The notes: generated by a model from the letters alone, not told the origin. Shown: positions 28,701 through 42,566, counted from the first letter of the stretch. The stretch: DNA of 64,000 bases from Eledone cirrhosa (GCA_964016885.1 OZ024745.1:26846001-26910000); one strand, 5' to 3'. Numbers and translations are program-made.

Positions 28701-28819
28701 AAAACATAATACACGCATATTAAACTTAAATAAACATTATAGGAATATAATTAGAGCTTACAGTATTAATAATACTTATTAATTGAAGTAACGATCAATT
28801 TTAATGCTAACATTATAGT

Positions 28820-29039
28820 TGAGCGATAGATTGGCAGATCCGGTAGGGCACCAGACAACATGCTGTGTAGCATGGAGTTACGGCCTTTTACATCCTGAGT
28901 TCAAATCCCGCCGATGTTAGCTTTGCCTTTCATCCTTACCGGGTCGATAAAATCAAGCACCAGTAATGCACTGGGGTCGATTTAATCGACTTTCCCCCTT
29001 CCCTAAAATGGTTAGCCTTGTGCCTAAATCAGAAGCCAA
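28820..29039 (+). mobile_element. SINE-1, long subfamily
   Basis: Contains the extra gtcgatttaatcgactttcccc segment; absent from the mirror arm at about 29310. Confidence 0.8.
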
Positions 29040-29230
29040 TACTAACAATAGAGTATATTAAGAAAAACAATACAAAAATTATGGAAGCTTAATTCAGTAA
29101 TAATGTATCAATCGGTAGGATGATATCTAGTTCTTTAGAAACTAACAGTATTTATAACGGTGAAAAAGATTATCTATAGAATAAAGTTATGAGTGAACAT
29201 TAAGCAAAAGACACACACACACACACACAT

Positions 29231-29266
<36 letters not shown>

Positions 29267-29459
29267 CAAGCTGCTATAATTTTTGTATTGTTTATTCTTA
29301 ATATACTCTATTAATGTTAGTATCAAAATTGGTCGTTACTTTAATAATTAATTATTATTAAATTTATAAGCTGTAATTTTATTCCTATAGTATTTATTTA
29401 AGTCTAATATACGTGTATTAGGTTTTAAAAGTCAAACTAATTACTACAATGTATATTTA

Positions 29460-30438
29460 TCTGTATATATATAAAATTAAGTATGTGTGTGTCTGTGTAT
29501 TACCTATAGGGATCTACATCTTACAGACTCATAGATTAGTCATCGGGGAATGTTTTCTATATATCAGCGTATCGTGTTTTTTTTATTTCGGGGTCATTCT
29601 GCAGATAAAAATCGATAGGGGGGTCACCTTTTTTTAGGTATCGAAAAATAAGATTTTTGGCTCTAGCTCCCACATTTTGCCACCGATTTCGTTCAAATTT
29701 GAAAGCAAAATAGAATTTATCATTGCATATCCTGTAATGGCTTTATATTTTGAATTTGTTGTTCAGGGACGGCATTGCAGCCGCTTAAATATTCAAAAAT
29801 ACCACTTTTAGATTCAAATTTCCACTTTTTCGGCTCTAGCTCCCACATTAATCAACCTACTTTGTTCAAATTTTACACTACGCTAGATCTGATTATTTCA
29901 CGTCTTAAAGTGGCTTTACATTTTGGAATTTTTGTTCAGGAACGGCGTGGTAGCCGCTTAAATATTCGAAAATACCACCCTTTCGCTCAAATTTCCGCCG
30001 TTTCGGCTCTAGCTCCCACATTTTTCAACCGATTTCGTTCAAATTCGAAACTTCGGCTCCACCTCACACATAAATCAATTTATTTGGTTCAACTTTTATA
30101 CTACGATAGAACCTATCATTGCACATCTTATAGATGGTCAAAGGCAAAACGATGGCCACTGACGTCGTCTGAGCATTTAGTTGTGTATTTGAGAATTCAT
30201 CGGTTTCCAATCAAGTAGCGTGAGGAAATTTGGTTTAGTGTTAGAGGTCATTACCTCCCTCCCCCAGAATGTCCCTTCGTCAGTCACCCGCATTTCTCAG
30301 TGATAGAGGTCATCACCACCCGCATGGCCTGTCTGTGGCCATAGATGAGTCATCGAGAAGCAGTCGCTAAGATCAACACCTTTTCATCAAAGCAGATATT
30401 ATTTTACCTACCCAAGCAACGCTGGGTACTGCTACTAG
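29460..30438 (+). mobile_element. Non-autonomous Helitron with three internal 173-bp repeats
   Basis: 5' end TCTGTATATATATAAAA; 3' hairpin CCCAAGCaacGCTGGG followed by CTAG; inserted between A and T with no TSD. ggctctagctcccaca recurs at 29659, 29832 and 30005. Confidence 0.8.
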
Positions 30439-30585
30439 TTACAAATAAATTTTAGTTTGTATGTTTAGTCTGCCATATTTTTTTCAGGAATATACAGGGA
30501 CTGGTCGACCTGATTTTAATATGCAAATCGGGCCGATCAGTCACTGTATATTCCAGAAAAAATATTTGTCCACTAGCTCTGACAT

Positions 30586-30666
30586 TTGGCATGTAAACAG
30601 TATACGGTACTGATGAAGGGTAATCACCCAGAAACATTAGTGTTTGCCATTCTGTTTATATGCCAA
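30586..30666 (+). ncRNA. Type I hammerhead ribozyme with extended stem I
   Basis: TTGGCATGTAAACAG..GGTA-CTGATGA-A-GGGT(aatc)ACCC-A-GAAA-CATTAGTG-TT-TGCC..CTGTTTATATGCCAA. A 15-bp distal stem I lies beyond an internal loop. Confidence 0.8.
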
Positions 30667-30808
30667 CACAAGAGCAAGAATTCGGAGTCATTCTACTGAA
30701 ATGGCTTAAATTGCAAACGAATTGACTATTATTATTAATATTCGAAAAAGTCAGATTTACATTTCTTTACATTTACATTTCAGCCATGTAGAGCGATAAA
30801 ATTATTTG

Positions 30809-30886
<78 letters not shown>

Positions 30887-30987
30887 ATATATATGTATGT
30901 ATATATGTATGTATATATACATATATATATATACATTATATATATATACATTATATATATATACATTATATATATAGATATATATAC

Positions 30988-31020
<33 letters not shown>

Positions 31021-31023
<3 letters not shown>

Positions 31024-31704
31024 TAATTTAATATATCTACTAACATAAGCGCACAGATGTACGCTAATGCCAGCAAATACACAGGTTATGTCATAGTACC
31101 TAGGTGGTTCAATGCAGGAGAATGCAGAACAATAATATATAAGACGTAAAATAAGAAAATTTCTTTAAAAAGATTTTTTTTTAAATTAACTTACTTACTT
31201 AAATTTTCACTCCAACTAATTAGTTTCTGCAATGGGATAAAGACAGTTACGTAATGAACTGTTGAGAATTTCATTGCGTCATCAGGGAGGTCATTCTCAG
31301 CCGAGTCTCCAGGCGATGCGCGGACACTGGGGACTCATATAAAAATAATAATAATTCGGCAACTGGAACAGCTATCGAGGACTGGATTCCAGCCACTGAA
31401 AATTCTCACTGCCACTGATCATATGGCCGATTCTAAAGAATCAATCACGTGACACAGAGGCTAGTCAGTAGGAATGGGATGGTAAGATGACAGACGCCTA
31501 CTAACACCCCCAAAAAAATTTAGAAGTGGTTTTGGCAGGTTTGCTCGACAAATCAGTGATTTGGAGATAAATATAGATAATTTAATATATCTACTAACAT
31601 AAGCGCACAGATGTACGCTAATGCCAACAAATACACAGGTTATGTCATAGTACCTAGGTGGTTCAATGCAGGAGGATGCAGAACAATAATATATAAGACG
31701 TAAA
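31021..31704 (-). mobile_element. Non-coding element with ~130-bp direct terminal repeats and internal HHR (retrozyme-like / non-autonomous PLE)
   Basis: 31021-31150 is nearly identical to 31576-31704. HHR at 31210-31289; embedded in (TA)n. Confidence 0.7.
31210..31289 (-). ncRNA. Type I hammerhead ribozyme motif
   Basis: Minus strand reads CTCC-CTGATGA-C-GCAATG...CATTGC-A-GAAA-CTAATTAG-TT-GGAG, with a palindromic stem III. Confidence 0.8.
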
Positions 31705-31832
31705 TATATATATATATGTATATATAGATATAGATATATATATACTTATATATATATATATATGCATGTATATATATATATATATATATACATTATATAT
31801 ATATATACATTATATATATAGATATATATATA

Positions 31833-31887
<55 letters not shown>

Positions 31888-32838
31888 GTGTGTGAGTGTT
31901 TGTAACTGAATCTGAGAGTTTTATCTGAGTATTGTGAGTGTGTATGACTCAGCAATTATTTTCATCTGTTTGTTTCTTTATCCAAGTGTTGATGTTCTCC
32001 TGTCTCAGTGTTGCTGTCTCAAAATATTTATGTTTATCTCTTTCAGTGTCAGCCTCTCTCTCTCTCTCCCTCTGTCTCTCTCTCTCTCTCTCTCACTCAC
32101 TCACTCTCTCTCTCTCTCTCTCTCTCTCAATATATATATATATGTATATATATATATACTTATCTATCTATCTATCTCTCCCCTCTCACTCTACCTCTCT
32201 CTTTACATTTATCTCTCACTTTCTATATATATATGTCTATCTACTTATCTTTCTCTCTCGCTCCCTCTCCCTCTCTCTCTCTCTCTCTCTATTTACTTAT
32301 ATATCTCTCCTCTCTCTCCCCCTCTCTCCGTCTTTCCCTCTATCTATTTACTTGTCTATCTCCCCCCCCCCTCTCCCTTTCTCTCTCTCTCTATCAGTTT
32401 ATCTTCTCTGTCTAAGTGTTCCTTTCGCTTAACTTTCCTATATTGCTTATCTGATTGTTTACTTTTTTTTGTATTTATATAGGGCCCGTTATTCTTATTT
32501 ATATTTTATTCTATTTTATTTTTTGTCTGCGAGATTATGATTCTCAGTATGAGAGTTTCACTGGCTGAGCTTTTACGTTGTGTGAGTTTTTACGATGTCT
32601 GGCTCCTTAAATTTACCCGCCTCTTCTACGTTTCTTTATCTAACTGAATATTTAAATTCGTCTGACTCAATGTTTATATATGTCTATCTTTGAAATGTAA
32701 TATTTCTCTGTGAATGGATTTTTTTTTTTTTTCAATGTAAAGTAATTTTTTATTGTTTTTTTTTTTTCGTTGCAAGGGAGAACATATTCGTTTGACCATT
32801 CTCCCTCTTTCATATGAAAAAAGAAATAATGATATTAA

Positions 32839-33025
32839 TGATTTCTGATTTAGGCACAAGGACAACAATTTGGGAGAGGGAAATGTAATTAAATCGACAT
32901 CACTGCATTACTGGTCCTTTATTTTATCGACCCCGTAGGGATGAAACCCAGAGCTAACTTCGGGAGGATTTGAACACAGAACGGAAAGGACCACAAATCT
33001 ATACTGCAAGCATGTTTTCTGATGC
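32839..33025 (-). mobile_element. SINE-1-related, diverged
   Basis: ttttatcgaccccgtagggatgaaa...ggatttgaac. Confidence 0.7.
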
Positions 33026-33034
33026 TCAATTATG

Positions 33035-34285
33035 AAAATGAGAGAGTGACGTATGATAGATATAGCGAGGGGGAGAGTTTGAAGATGATTTTTAAAGAGT
33101 GGGGGATTGGGAGAGTGTTTAGTATGTTAGATATAGAGAGGGGGAGAATATCGTGGTTGTATATATATACAGAGAGAGATTAAAAGAGAATTTTGTGTGA
33201 TAGACATAGAGAGGGGGGGGGAGTTTGGTGATAATTGATACGCAGAAGGATTGCGAAACATTCTTGTATGGTAGCTCTAGCGAAGGGGAGAGTTTAATTG
33301 TCATTGATAGAGTGAGGGGTACTGGGAAAGAGTGTTGTGTGTTAAGTGAAGAGAGTGGGAGAGTTTGAAGATGATTGTTATAGAGAGGGGGATTCGAAGA
33401 GTGTTTCGTATGGTAGGTATAGAGAGGGGGAGAATTTCATCGTTGTAGATATAGAGAGGGGGATAATGAGTGAGTGCCGTCTAGTAGATATAGTGAGGGG
33501 GAGAGTTTGGTGGTAGTAGATATAAAGAGGGGGATTAAAAGAGAGTTTTGTGTGATAGGTATAGAGAGGTGGAGAATTTTGGGTATGTTAGATATATAGA
33601 GAGGGAGAATATCATGGTTGTTGATATAGAGAGTGGGCTAATGAGAGAGTGCCATGTATAGATATATATTTCTATTTATTTGCCACCAGGGCATCAAAGA
33701 TTGGGACAAATACAAAGGGGGGAGTTTACATACATTTAAAAAGACGTGTAAAAAACATATAACAAATTAAATTTAACAATCGATGTCCTCAATAGGGAGG
33801 GGCGTTGACATGGGTCGCACACACCCCCGAAAAAATGTGCAACCCTCCTCTTCAGGAGCACAAAGAGCGGGTGCTTCCTTCCTCTCCTCATTCTTCTCCT
33901 CTCTCACCTACAGGCTGATATAGAGAGAAGGCCCATTCACTCGGGCCATTCTCGCTACTTTCACCCATCTTTCATAAAACTTGCTGGGGTAGAGCACCTC
34001 TCTCTCCATTCTGATCCTTCTTCTAAAGTGGTACTTGAAAAAAAAGACCAGTTGTTGGCCGGAGAGATAGGTGTCTGACCTCAGCCCTTTCAACCTTGTC
34101 CACCATACAACTTCTTTCGCCATGGCTATCACACAGAGGAAAACCGCCTCTCCTTCGTTTTTGAAAGGGGGAGGCGGTTTGATTGTGACAATGTTCTCGG
34201 TGGTCAACCGGATGTGCCATGTATAGATATAGGGAGTAGGAGAGTTTGGTGGAAGTAAATATATAGAGGGGGATTGAAAGAGAAG
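33035..34285. repeat. Degenerate purine-rich minisatellite (about 30-60 bp period) interrupted by the Tx1-like insertion
   Basis: tagatatagagagggggagagttt recurs on both sides of the LINE fragment. Confidence 0.75.
33667..34213 (-). mobile_element. Tx1/L1-like LINE 3' fragment with 18-bp target site duplication
   Basis: ORF 33908-34207 (AMAKEVVWWTR...FFKYH...ERE.L...F..RW), a 3' UTR and an A-rich end. The direct repeat GTGCCATGTATAGATATA occurs at 33649-33666 and 34214-34231. Confidence 0.7.
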
Positions 34286-34287
34286 TT

Positions 34288-34535
34288 TGTGTCCTTGAGC
34301 AAGACACTTTATTTCACGTTGCCCCTGTTTACTCAGCTGGAGAAATGGGCTGCCACGTCACTGATGCTAATCTGTATCAGCTATTGCCTTTCCCTTGGAC
34401 AACAGCGGTGACGAGGAGAGGGAAGACACAGTATGCATAGGTAACTGCTGGTCCTTCATAAACACAAGCCCAGACTTGTGCTTCAGAGGGAAACTACGCA
34501 AATGCCATATTCATTTGTGAGCGAAGGGGGTCTTT
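34288..34535 (+). mobile_element. Second SINE family, 5'-truncated
   Basis: Colinear with 36132-36345. Confidence 0.7.
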
Positions 34536-36052
34536 TCCCTATATCAAACTACATTGTATTACAGATACTTATCTTTTATATCCGGTAAGACGAAAAACAA
34601 AATTACCCTTCTTCTGTATTTGAACCTCAATAGTACAGACCACTTTGTCCGCTACACAGTTGTTTCCGCCAAACCACTGATTTTCTGTTAATAGCAATAC
34701 GAATTTTACGCGTGAAGAGAAAACAATGTTTAGGCAAGACTGTAGTTGATTCAAACTACAAGTATTTGATTGGTACTTAATTGTAAAAGGCAAAAATCGC
34801 CATGGAATTTGAACTCAGAACATAAATGTCCGTATCTAAATACCGCAAAGTTTTCTGTTTGACGAATTCCTATTATTGCTATCACCGTCAATAATCGCTT
34901 TTTCTATTCCTACCATTTATGCATACCACTACTACTGCTAATATTGATACTCCTGCCAACATCATTATTACTACTATTGCTAGTGTTGTAGCTGCAATGC
35001 TATTAGTACTGATATTAGTACTGATAAAATATTTTATCCTATTTTATTTGGAAACAAAGTAAGGGTTTTGTTGAACCAGGTTAAATGACAATAAATGTCG
35101 ATCAAAACGAGAAACCACTTCAGTTCACATAACTTTAAGCACAATCTACTGTCATGTGAGAATTAAGAGTATTTCACTAAGACGTGCCATTGTCGATTTA
35201 TTGGAACGATTGCTGTCTAAAAACTTGGGATTTCAACTCCTATCTAGTGCCAATGAAAAGGATAAACTGAAATCTATTCCTCATTTCTGTTCATTTGAAC
35301 ATAAAGCCTGTCAGCTATTGTATCGTGCCATCACTAAAAGGAACATGCCACACCACTTTTCACAGATGGTATTTCAGTTTCCAGCATTAGAATTATACAC
35401 TGGAATAAATTTTAGTTGTAAACCTCGAAAATATCTAAAGCATACCTACTGCTATCTTAGATATAAACTAAACAAAAACAACTCAAAATTAAATCTTTCT
35501 TAAAGATCTTGTTAGTAAAACATCATTTTAGTTTTCAATGGTATTTTAAAGATGGGAGGCTGTGGAAGGCGGCTAAGATAATGCGGTAGACAATATATCA
35601 TACGGCATCAAGTTACGGACAACTTCGTTCTAAGTTCTAATCTCACCTAGTTAGATTTTACTCATTTCCCCCAGGTCTCGATAAAACTGATACCATTGGT
35701 ATGCTGGAGACGACAATTAACTATGGTTCTCTCCTGAAATGTGTGGACATATCTAAATGATAAACAACAATAATATTATTTCGATTAGCAGTGTGTCCCT
35801 ATCAGTAATATTTGTTCCTAGTTTAGATAGAAGGCCAACAATTTGACGGAGGTGTGAAAGTTGATTATATTGACTTCAGCGCTTGCAAGGTATTTTGTTT
35901 TATCAATCCCGGAATGATGAAAGGCAAAGTTGACGTCGGTGAGATTTATATTTTATCGACAGCGAGATTTAAACTCAGAATATAAAGAACTAGAACAAGT
36001 ATTGCAATGGTATATATATATATATGGGGGGGGGTGCATTTATATGTAGTGA

Positions 36053-36348
36053 AGGCGCATGGCTTAGTGGGTAGAGTGTTATGCTTGCAATCGTGAGGTT
36101 GTGAGTTCGATTCTCGGATATGGTGATGCATTGTGTCCTTAAGTAAGACACTTTATTTCACGTTGCTCCACTCAGCTGTAGAAATGAGTTTCAATGTCAC
36201 TGGTGCCAAGCTGTATCGGCTATTGCCTTTCCCTTGAACAACATCGGTGGCGGGGTGATGGTATGCATGGGCGACTGCTGGTCTTCCATAAACAAACCTT
36301 TCCCGGGCTTGTGCCTTGGAGGGAAACTTTCTAGGGGTAAAACCATGG
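36053..36348 (+). mobile_element. Second tRNA-derived SINE family (CORE-like central domain)
   Basis: A box TGGCTTAGTGG, B box GAGTTCGATTC, then gtgtccttaagtaagacactttatttcacgttg. A 5'-truncated homologue lies at 34288-34535. Confidence 0.75.
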
Positions 36349-37224
36349 TTTTATATTTGTATATATAACTGAGAGCTAACATAAAATAACATTGTGCTAG
36401 TTGACGATATTTTTAATTTATCGCTTCTGTCGGAGATATGGAAATTTTATTAAAAAACATTGCTTATATACAACATCGATAGGCAAAGAGTCTAATTTTT
36501 ATATGACGACTACTTCAAAATGTGAAGAAGAAAAGTAAGCATTGAGAAAATATATATGGGAAAATATAATTATAGGGAAATAAAAGAAAAGACATGTAAA
36601 AGAAAAATATTTCATTTGCTTACCCTATCATTTTTCATGACACTACACGAAAATAAAACGGAATAATCATGGCTGAAATGTCTTTTATCGAGGATCTTCT
36701 CAATCAGAGCTAGGTTTGGGATTAAACATAAATACAAAAAATTTATTTCATACACATATCAAATCTCACACACAGAGACTTTGTTGTCCGGATTTGACAA
36801 ATAAAATTGACGTTTCTCACTTCCACCTACCTCACACAGTGGTGTGTCATAAGAATGTTTCAGCCCAGATGAGAAGGGCTGATACAATTTGATATATATG
36901 GGAATTATTTCCTGATTTGTTTCCCACTTATTGTGTAACATCCTCCAATTTGAAATTTCCAGCTTAACAAAAACACCTAAGATGTGGACTCGTAATAAAT
37001 TAATAAATAAATAAATAAATAGAAATTGAAATTAAGAGAAGGGTGAAGGGTTTGCGGGTTTCCTTTTGTTGGGCGTTATGATATGATAGCTGATCTCATC
37101 AGTGGGAAATAGTCTAAAGTACAAGAATCAAAAAGTCAAATAAAAGTCGTGGGTTTAGATACGAGGGTTGAGGGTGAACCCGAAGAAGAGAAATAGAGAA
37201 GGAACTTTCAAGGCACAGCGAATA

Positions 37225-37238
37225 AAGAAGAAGAAGAA

Positions 37239-37282
<44 letters not shown>

Positions 37283-37450
37283 AGAGAAGAAGAAGAACAA
37301 GAACAAGAAGAAGACGACGACGACGACGACGACGGAAGAAGAAGAAAGAAGAAAGAAAGAAGAAGAAGAAGAATAAACAACGACGACGAAAGAAGAAGAA
37401 GAAGAAGAAGAAGAAGAAGAAGAAGAAGAAGAGAAGAAGAAGAAGAAGAA

Positions 37451-37485
<35 letters not shown>

Positions 37486-37651
37486 AGAAGAAGAAGAAGA
37501 AGAAGAAGAAGAAGAAGAAGAAGAAGAAGACGACGACGACGACGACGACGACGAAGAAGAAGAAGAAGAGAAGAAGAAAGACGACGACGACGACGACGAC
37601 GACGAAGAAGAAGAAGAAGAAGAAGAAGAAGAAGAAGAAGAAGAAGAAGAA

Positions 37652-37683
<32 letters not shown>

Positions 37684-37800
37684 ACGACGACGACGAAGAA
37701 GAAGAAGAAGAAGAAGAAGAAGAAGAAGAAGAAGAAGAAGACGACAACGACGACGAAAGAAGAAAAGAAGAAGAAGAAGAAGAAAGAAGAAGAAGAAGAA

Positions 37801-37860
<60 letters not shown>

Positions 37861-37883
37861 AAGAAGAAGAAGAAGAAGAAGAA

Positions 37884-37927
<44 letters not shown>

Positions 37928-38172
37928 AGAAGAAGAAGAAGAGAAGAAGAAGAAGAAGAAGAAGAAGAAGAAGAAGAAGACGAACGAACGACGACGTCGA
38001 CGAAGAAGAAGAAGAAAGAAGAAGAAGAAGAAGAAGAAGAAGAAGAAGAAGAAGACAACGGCGACAAAGAAGAAGAAGAAGAAGAAGAAGAAGAAGAAGG
38101 ACAACGACGACAAAGAAGAAGAAGAGAGAAGAAGAAGAAGAAGAAGAAGAAGAAGAAGAAGAAGAAGAAGAA

Positions 38173-38211
<39 letters not shown>

Positions 38212-38311
38212 ACGAAGACGACGACGAAGAAGAAGAAGAAGAAGAAGAAGAAGAAGAAGAAGACGACGACGACGACGACGACGACAACGACGACGAAGAA
38301 GAAGAAGAGAA

Positions 38312-38370
<59 letters not shown>

Positions 38371-38459
38371 AGAAGAGAAGAAGAAGAAGAAGAAGAAGAC
38401 GACGACGACGACGACGAGACGACGACGACGACGACGACGACGAAGAAGAAGAAGAAGAA

Positions 38460-38515
<56 letters not shown>

Positions 38516-38531
38516 AGAAGAAGAAGAAGAA

Positions 38532-38575
<44 letters not shown>

Positions 38576-38610
38576 AGAAGAAGAAGAAGAAGACGACGAC
38601 GACGACGACG

Positions 38611-38654
<44 letters not shown>

Positions 38655-38672
38655 AGAAGAGAAGAAGAAGAA

Positions 38673-38713
<41 letters not shown>

Positions 38714-38739
38714 AGAAGAAGGAAGAAGAAGAAGAAGAA

Positions 38740-38792
<53 letters not shown>

Positions 38793-38793
38793 A

Positions 38794-38843
<50 letters not shown>

Positions 38844-38891
38844 AGAAGAAGAAGAAGAAGAAGAAGAAGAAGAAGAAGAAGAAGAAGAGAA

Positions 38892-38938
<47 letters not shown>

Positions 38939-38954
38939 AGAAGAAGAAGAAGAA

Positions 38955-38992
<38 letters not shown>

Positions 38993-38993
38993 A

Positions 38994-39040
<47 letters not shown>

Positions 39041-39068
39041 AGAAGAAGAAGAAGAAGAAGAAGAAGAA

Positions 39069-39127
<59 letters not shown>

Positions 39128-39141
39128 AGAAGAAGAAAGAA

Positions 39142-39194
<53 letters not shown>

Positions 39195-39224
39195 AGAAGA
39201 AGAAGAAGAAGAAGAAGAAGAGAA

Positions 39225-39264
<40 letters not shown>

Positions 39265-39292
39265 AGAAGAAGAAGAAGAAGAAGAAGAAGAA

Positions 39293-39336
<44 letters not shown>

Positions 39337-39346
39337 AGAAGAAGAA

Positions 39347-39390
<44 letters not shown>

Positions 39391-39431
39391 ACGACGACGA
39401 CGACGAAGAAGAAGAAGAAGAAGAAGAAGAA

Positions 39432-39478
<47 letters not shown>

Positions 39479-39501
39479 ACGACGACGACGCCGACGAAGA
39501 A

Positions 39502-39542
<41 letters not shown>

Positions 39543-39581
39543 AGAAGAAGAGAAGAAGAAGAAGAAGAAGAAGAAGAAGAA

Positions 39582-39625
<44 letters not shown>

Positions 39626-39648
39626 AGAAGAGAAGAGGGAAGTAGACG

Positions 39649-39713
<65 letters not shown>

Positions 39714-39977
39714 AGAAGAAGAAGAAGAAGAAGAAGAAGAAGAGAAGAAGAAGAAGAANNNNNNNNNNNNNNNNNNNNNNNNNNNNNNNNNNNNNNNNNN
39801 NNNNNNNNNNNNNNNNNNNNNNNNNNNNNNNNNNNNNNNNNNNNNNNNNNNNNNNNNNNNNNNNNNNNNNNNNNNNNNNNNNNNNNNNNNNNNNNNNNNN
39901 NNNNNNNNNNNNNNNNNNNNNNNNNNNNNNNNNNNNNNNNNNNNNNNNNNNNNNNNNNAGAAGAAGAAGAAGAAGAA

Positions 39978-40015
<38 letters not shown>

Positions 40016-40040
40016 AGAAGAAGAAGAAGAAGAAGAAGAA

Positions 40041-40081
<41 letters not shown>

Positions 40082-40289
40082 AGAAGAAGAAGAAGAAGAA
40101 GAAGAAGAAGAAGAAGAAGAAGAAGAAGAAGACGACGACGAAGAAGAAGAAGAAGAAGAAGAAGAAGAAGAAGAAGAAGACAACGGCGACAAAGAAGAAG
40201 AAGAAGAAGAAGAAGAAGAAGAAGAAGAAGAAGAAGACAACGACGACAAAGAAGAAGAAGAAGAAGAAGAAGAAGAAGAAGAAGAAGAA

Positions 40290-40327
<38 letters not shown>

Positions 40328-40376
40328 AGAAGAAGAAGAAGAAGAAGAAGAAGAAGAAGAAGAAGAAGAAGAAGAA

Positions 40377-40414
<38 letters not shown>

Positions 40415-40418
40415 AGAA

Positions 40419-40453
<35 letters not shown>

Positions 40454-40463
40454 AGAAGAAGAA

Positions 40464-40510
<47 letters not shown>

Positions 40511-40535
40511 AGAAGAAGAAGAAGAAGAAGAAGAA

Positions 40536-40573
<38 letters not shown>

Positions 40574-40574
40574 A

Positions 40575-40636
<62 letters not shown>

Positions 40637-40652
40637 AGAAGAAGAAGAAGAA

Positions 40653-40687
<35 letters not shown>

Positions 40688-40712
40688 AGAAGAAGAAGAA
40701 GAAGAAGAAGAA

Positions 40713-40762
<50 letters not shown>

Positions 40763-40778
40763 AGAAGAAGAAGAAGAA

Positions 40779-40819
<41 letters not shown>

Positions 40820-40847
40820 AGAAGAAGAAGAAGAAGAAGAAGAAGAA

Positions 40848-40885
<38 letters not shown>

Positions 40886-40916
40886 AGAAGAAGAAGAAGA
40901 AGAAGAAGAAGAAGAA

Positions 40917-40957
<41 letters not shown>

Positions 40958-40971
40958 AGAAGAAGAGAGAA

Positions 40972-41024
<53 letters not shown>

Positions 41025-41061
41025 AGAAGAAGAAGAAGAAGAAGAAGAAGAAGAAGAAGAA

Positions 41062-41117
<56 letters not shown>

Positions 41118-41118
41118 A

Positions 41119-41201
<83 letters not shown>

Positions 41202-41232
41202 AGAAGAAGAAGAAGAAGAAGAAGAAGAAGAA

Positions 41233-41285
<53 letters not shown>

Positions 41286-41301
41286 AGAAGAAGAAGAAGA
41301 A

Positions 41302-41348
<47 letters not shown>

Positions 41349-41367
41349 AGAAGAAGAAGAAGAAGAA

Positions 41368-41411
<44 letters not shown>

Positions 41412-41448
41412 AGAAGAAGAAGAAGAAGAAGAAGAAGAAGAAGAAGAA

Positions 41449-41492
<44 letters not shown>

Positions 41493-41511
41493 AGAAGAAG
41501 AAGAAGAAGAA

Positions 41512-41552
<41 letters not shown>

Positions 41553-41562
41553 AGAAGAAGAA

Positions 41563-41618
<56 letters not shown>

Positions 41619-41682
41619 AGACGACGACGACGACGACGACGAAGAAGAAGAAGAAGAAGAAGAAGAAGAAGAAGAAGAAGAA

Positions 41683-41720
<38 letters not shown>

Positions 41721-41946
41721 AGAAGAAGAAGAAGAAGAAGAAGAAGAAGAAGAAGAAGAAGACGACGACGACGACGACGACGACGAAGAAGAAGAAGAAG
41801 AAGAAGAAGACGACGACGACGACGACGACGACGACGAAGAAGAAGAAGAAGAAGAAGAAGAAGAAGAAGAAGAAGAAGAAGACGACGACGACGACGACGA
41901 CGACGACGAAGAAGAAGAAGAAGAAGAAGAAGAAGAAGAAGAAGAA

Positions 41947-41978
<32 letters not shown>

Positions 41979-42129
41979 AGAAGAAGAAGAAGACGACGAC
42001 GAAGACGACGACGACGACGACGACGACGACGAAGAAGAAGAAGAAGAAGAAGAAGAAGAAGAAGAAGAAGACGACGACGACGACGACGACGACGACGAAG
42101 AAGAAGAAGAAGAAGAAGAAGAAGAAGAA

Positions 42130-42164
<35 letters not shown>

Positions 42165-42195
42165 AGAAGAAGAAGAAGAAGAAGAAGAAGAAGAA

Positions 42196-42233
<38 letters not shown>

Positions 42234-42255
42234 AGAGGAAGAAGAAGAAGAAGAA

Positions 42256-42290
<35 letters not shown>

Positions 42291-42522
42291 AGAAGAAGAA
42301 GAAGAAGAAGAAGACGACGACGAAGAAGAAGAAGAAGAAGAAGAAGAAGAAGAAGAAGAAGACAACGGCGACAAAGAAGAAGAAGAAGAAGAAGAAGAAG
42401 AAGAAGAAGAAGAAGAAGAAGAAGAAGAAGAAGAAGACAACGACGACAAAGAAGAAGAAGAAGAAGAAGAAGAAGAAGAAGAAGAAGAAGAAGAAGAAGA
42501 AGAAGAAGAAGAAGAAGAAGAA

Positions 42523-42566
<44 letters not shown>

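Noticed and set aside
29775-30218. 147-aa ORF
   Set aside because: It lies inside the 173-bp internal repeats of a non-autonomous Helitron and has no RepHel motifs.
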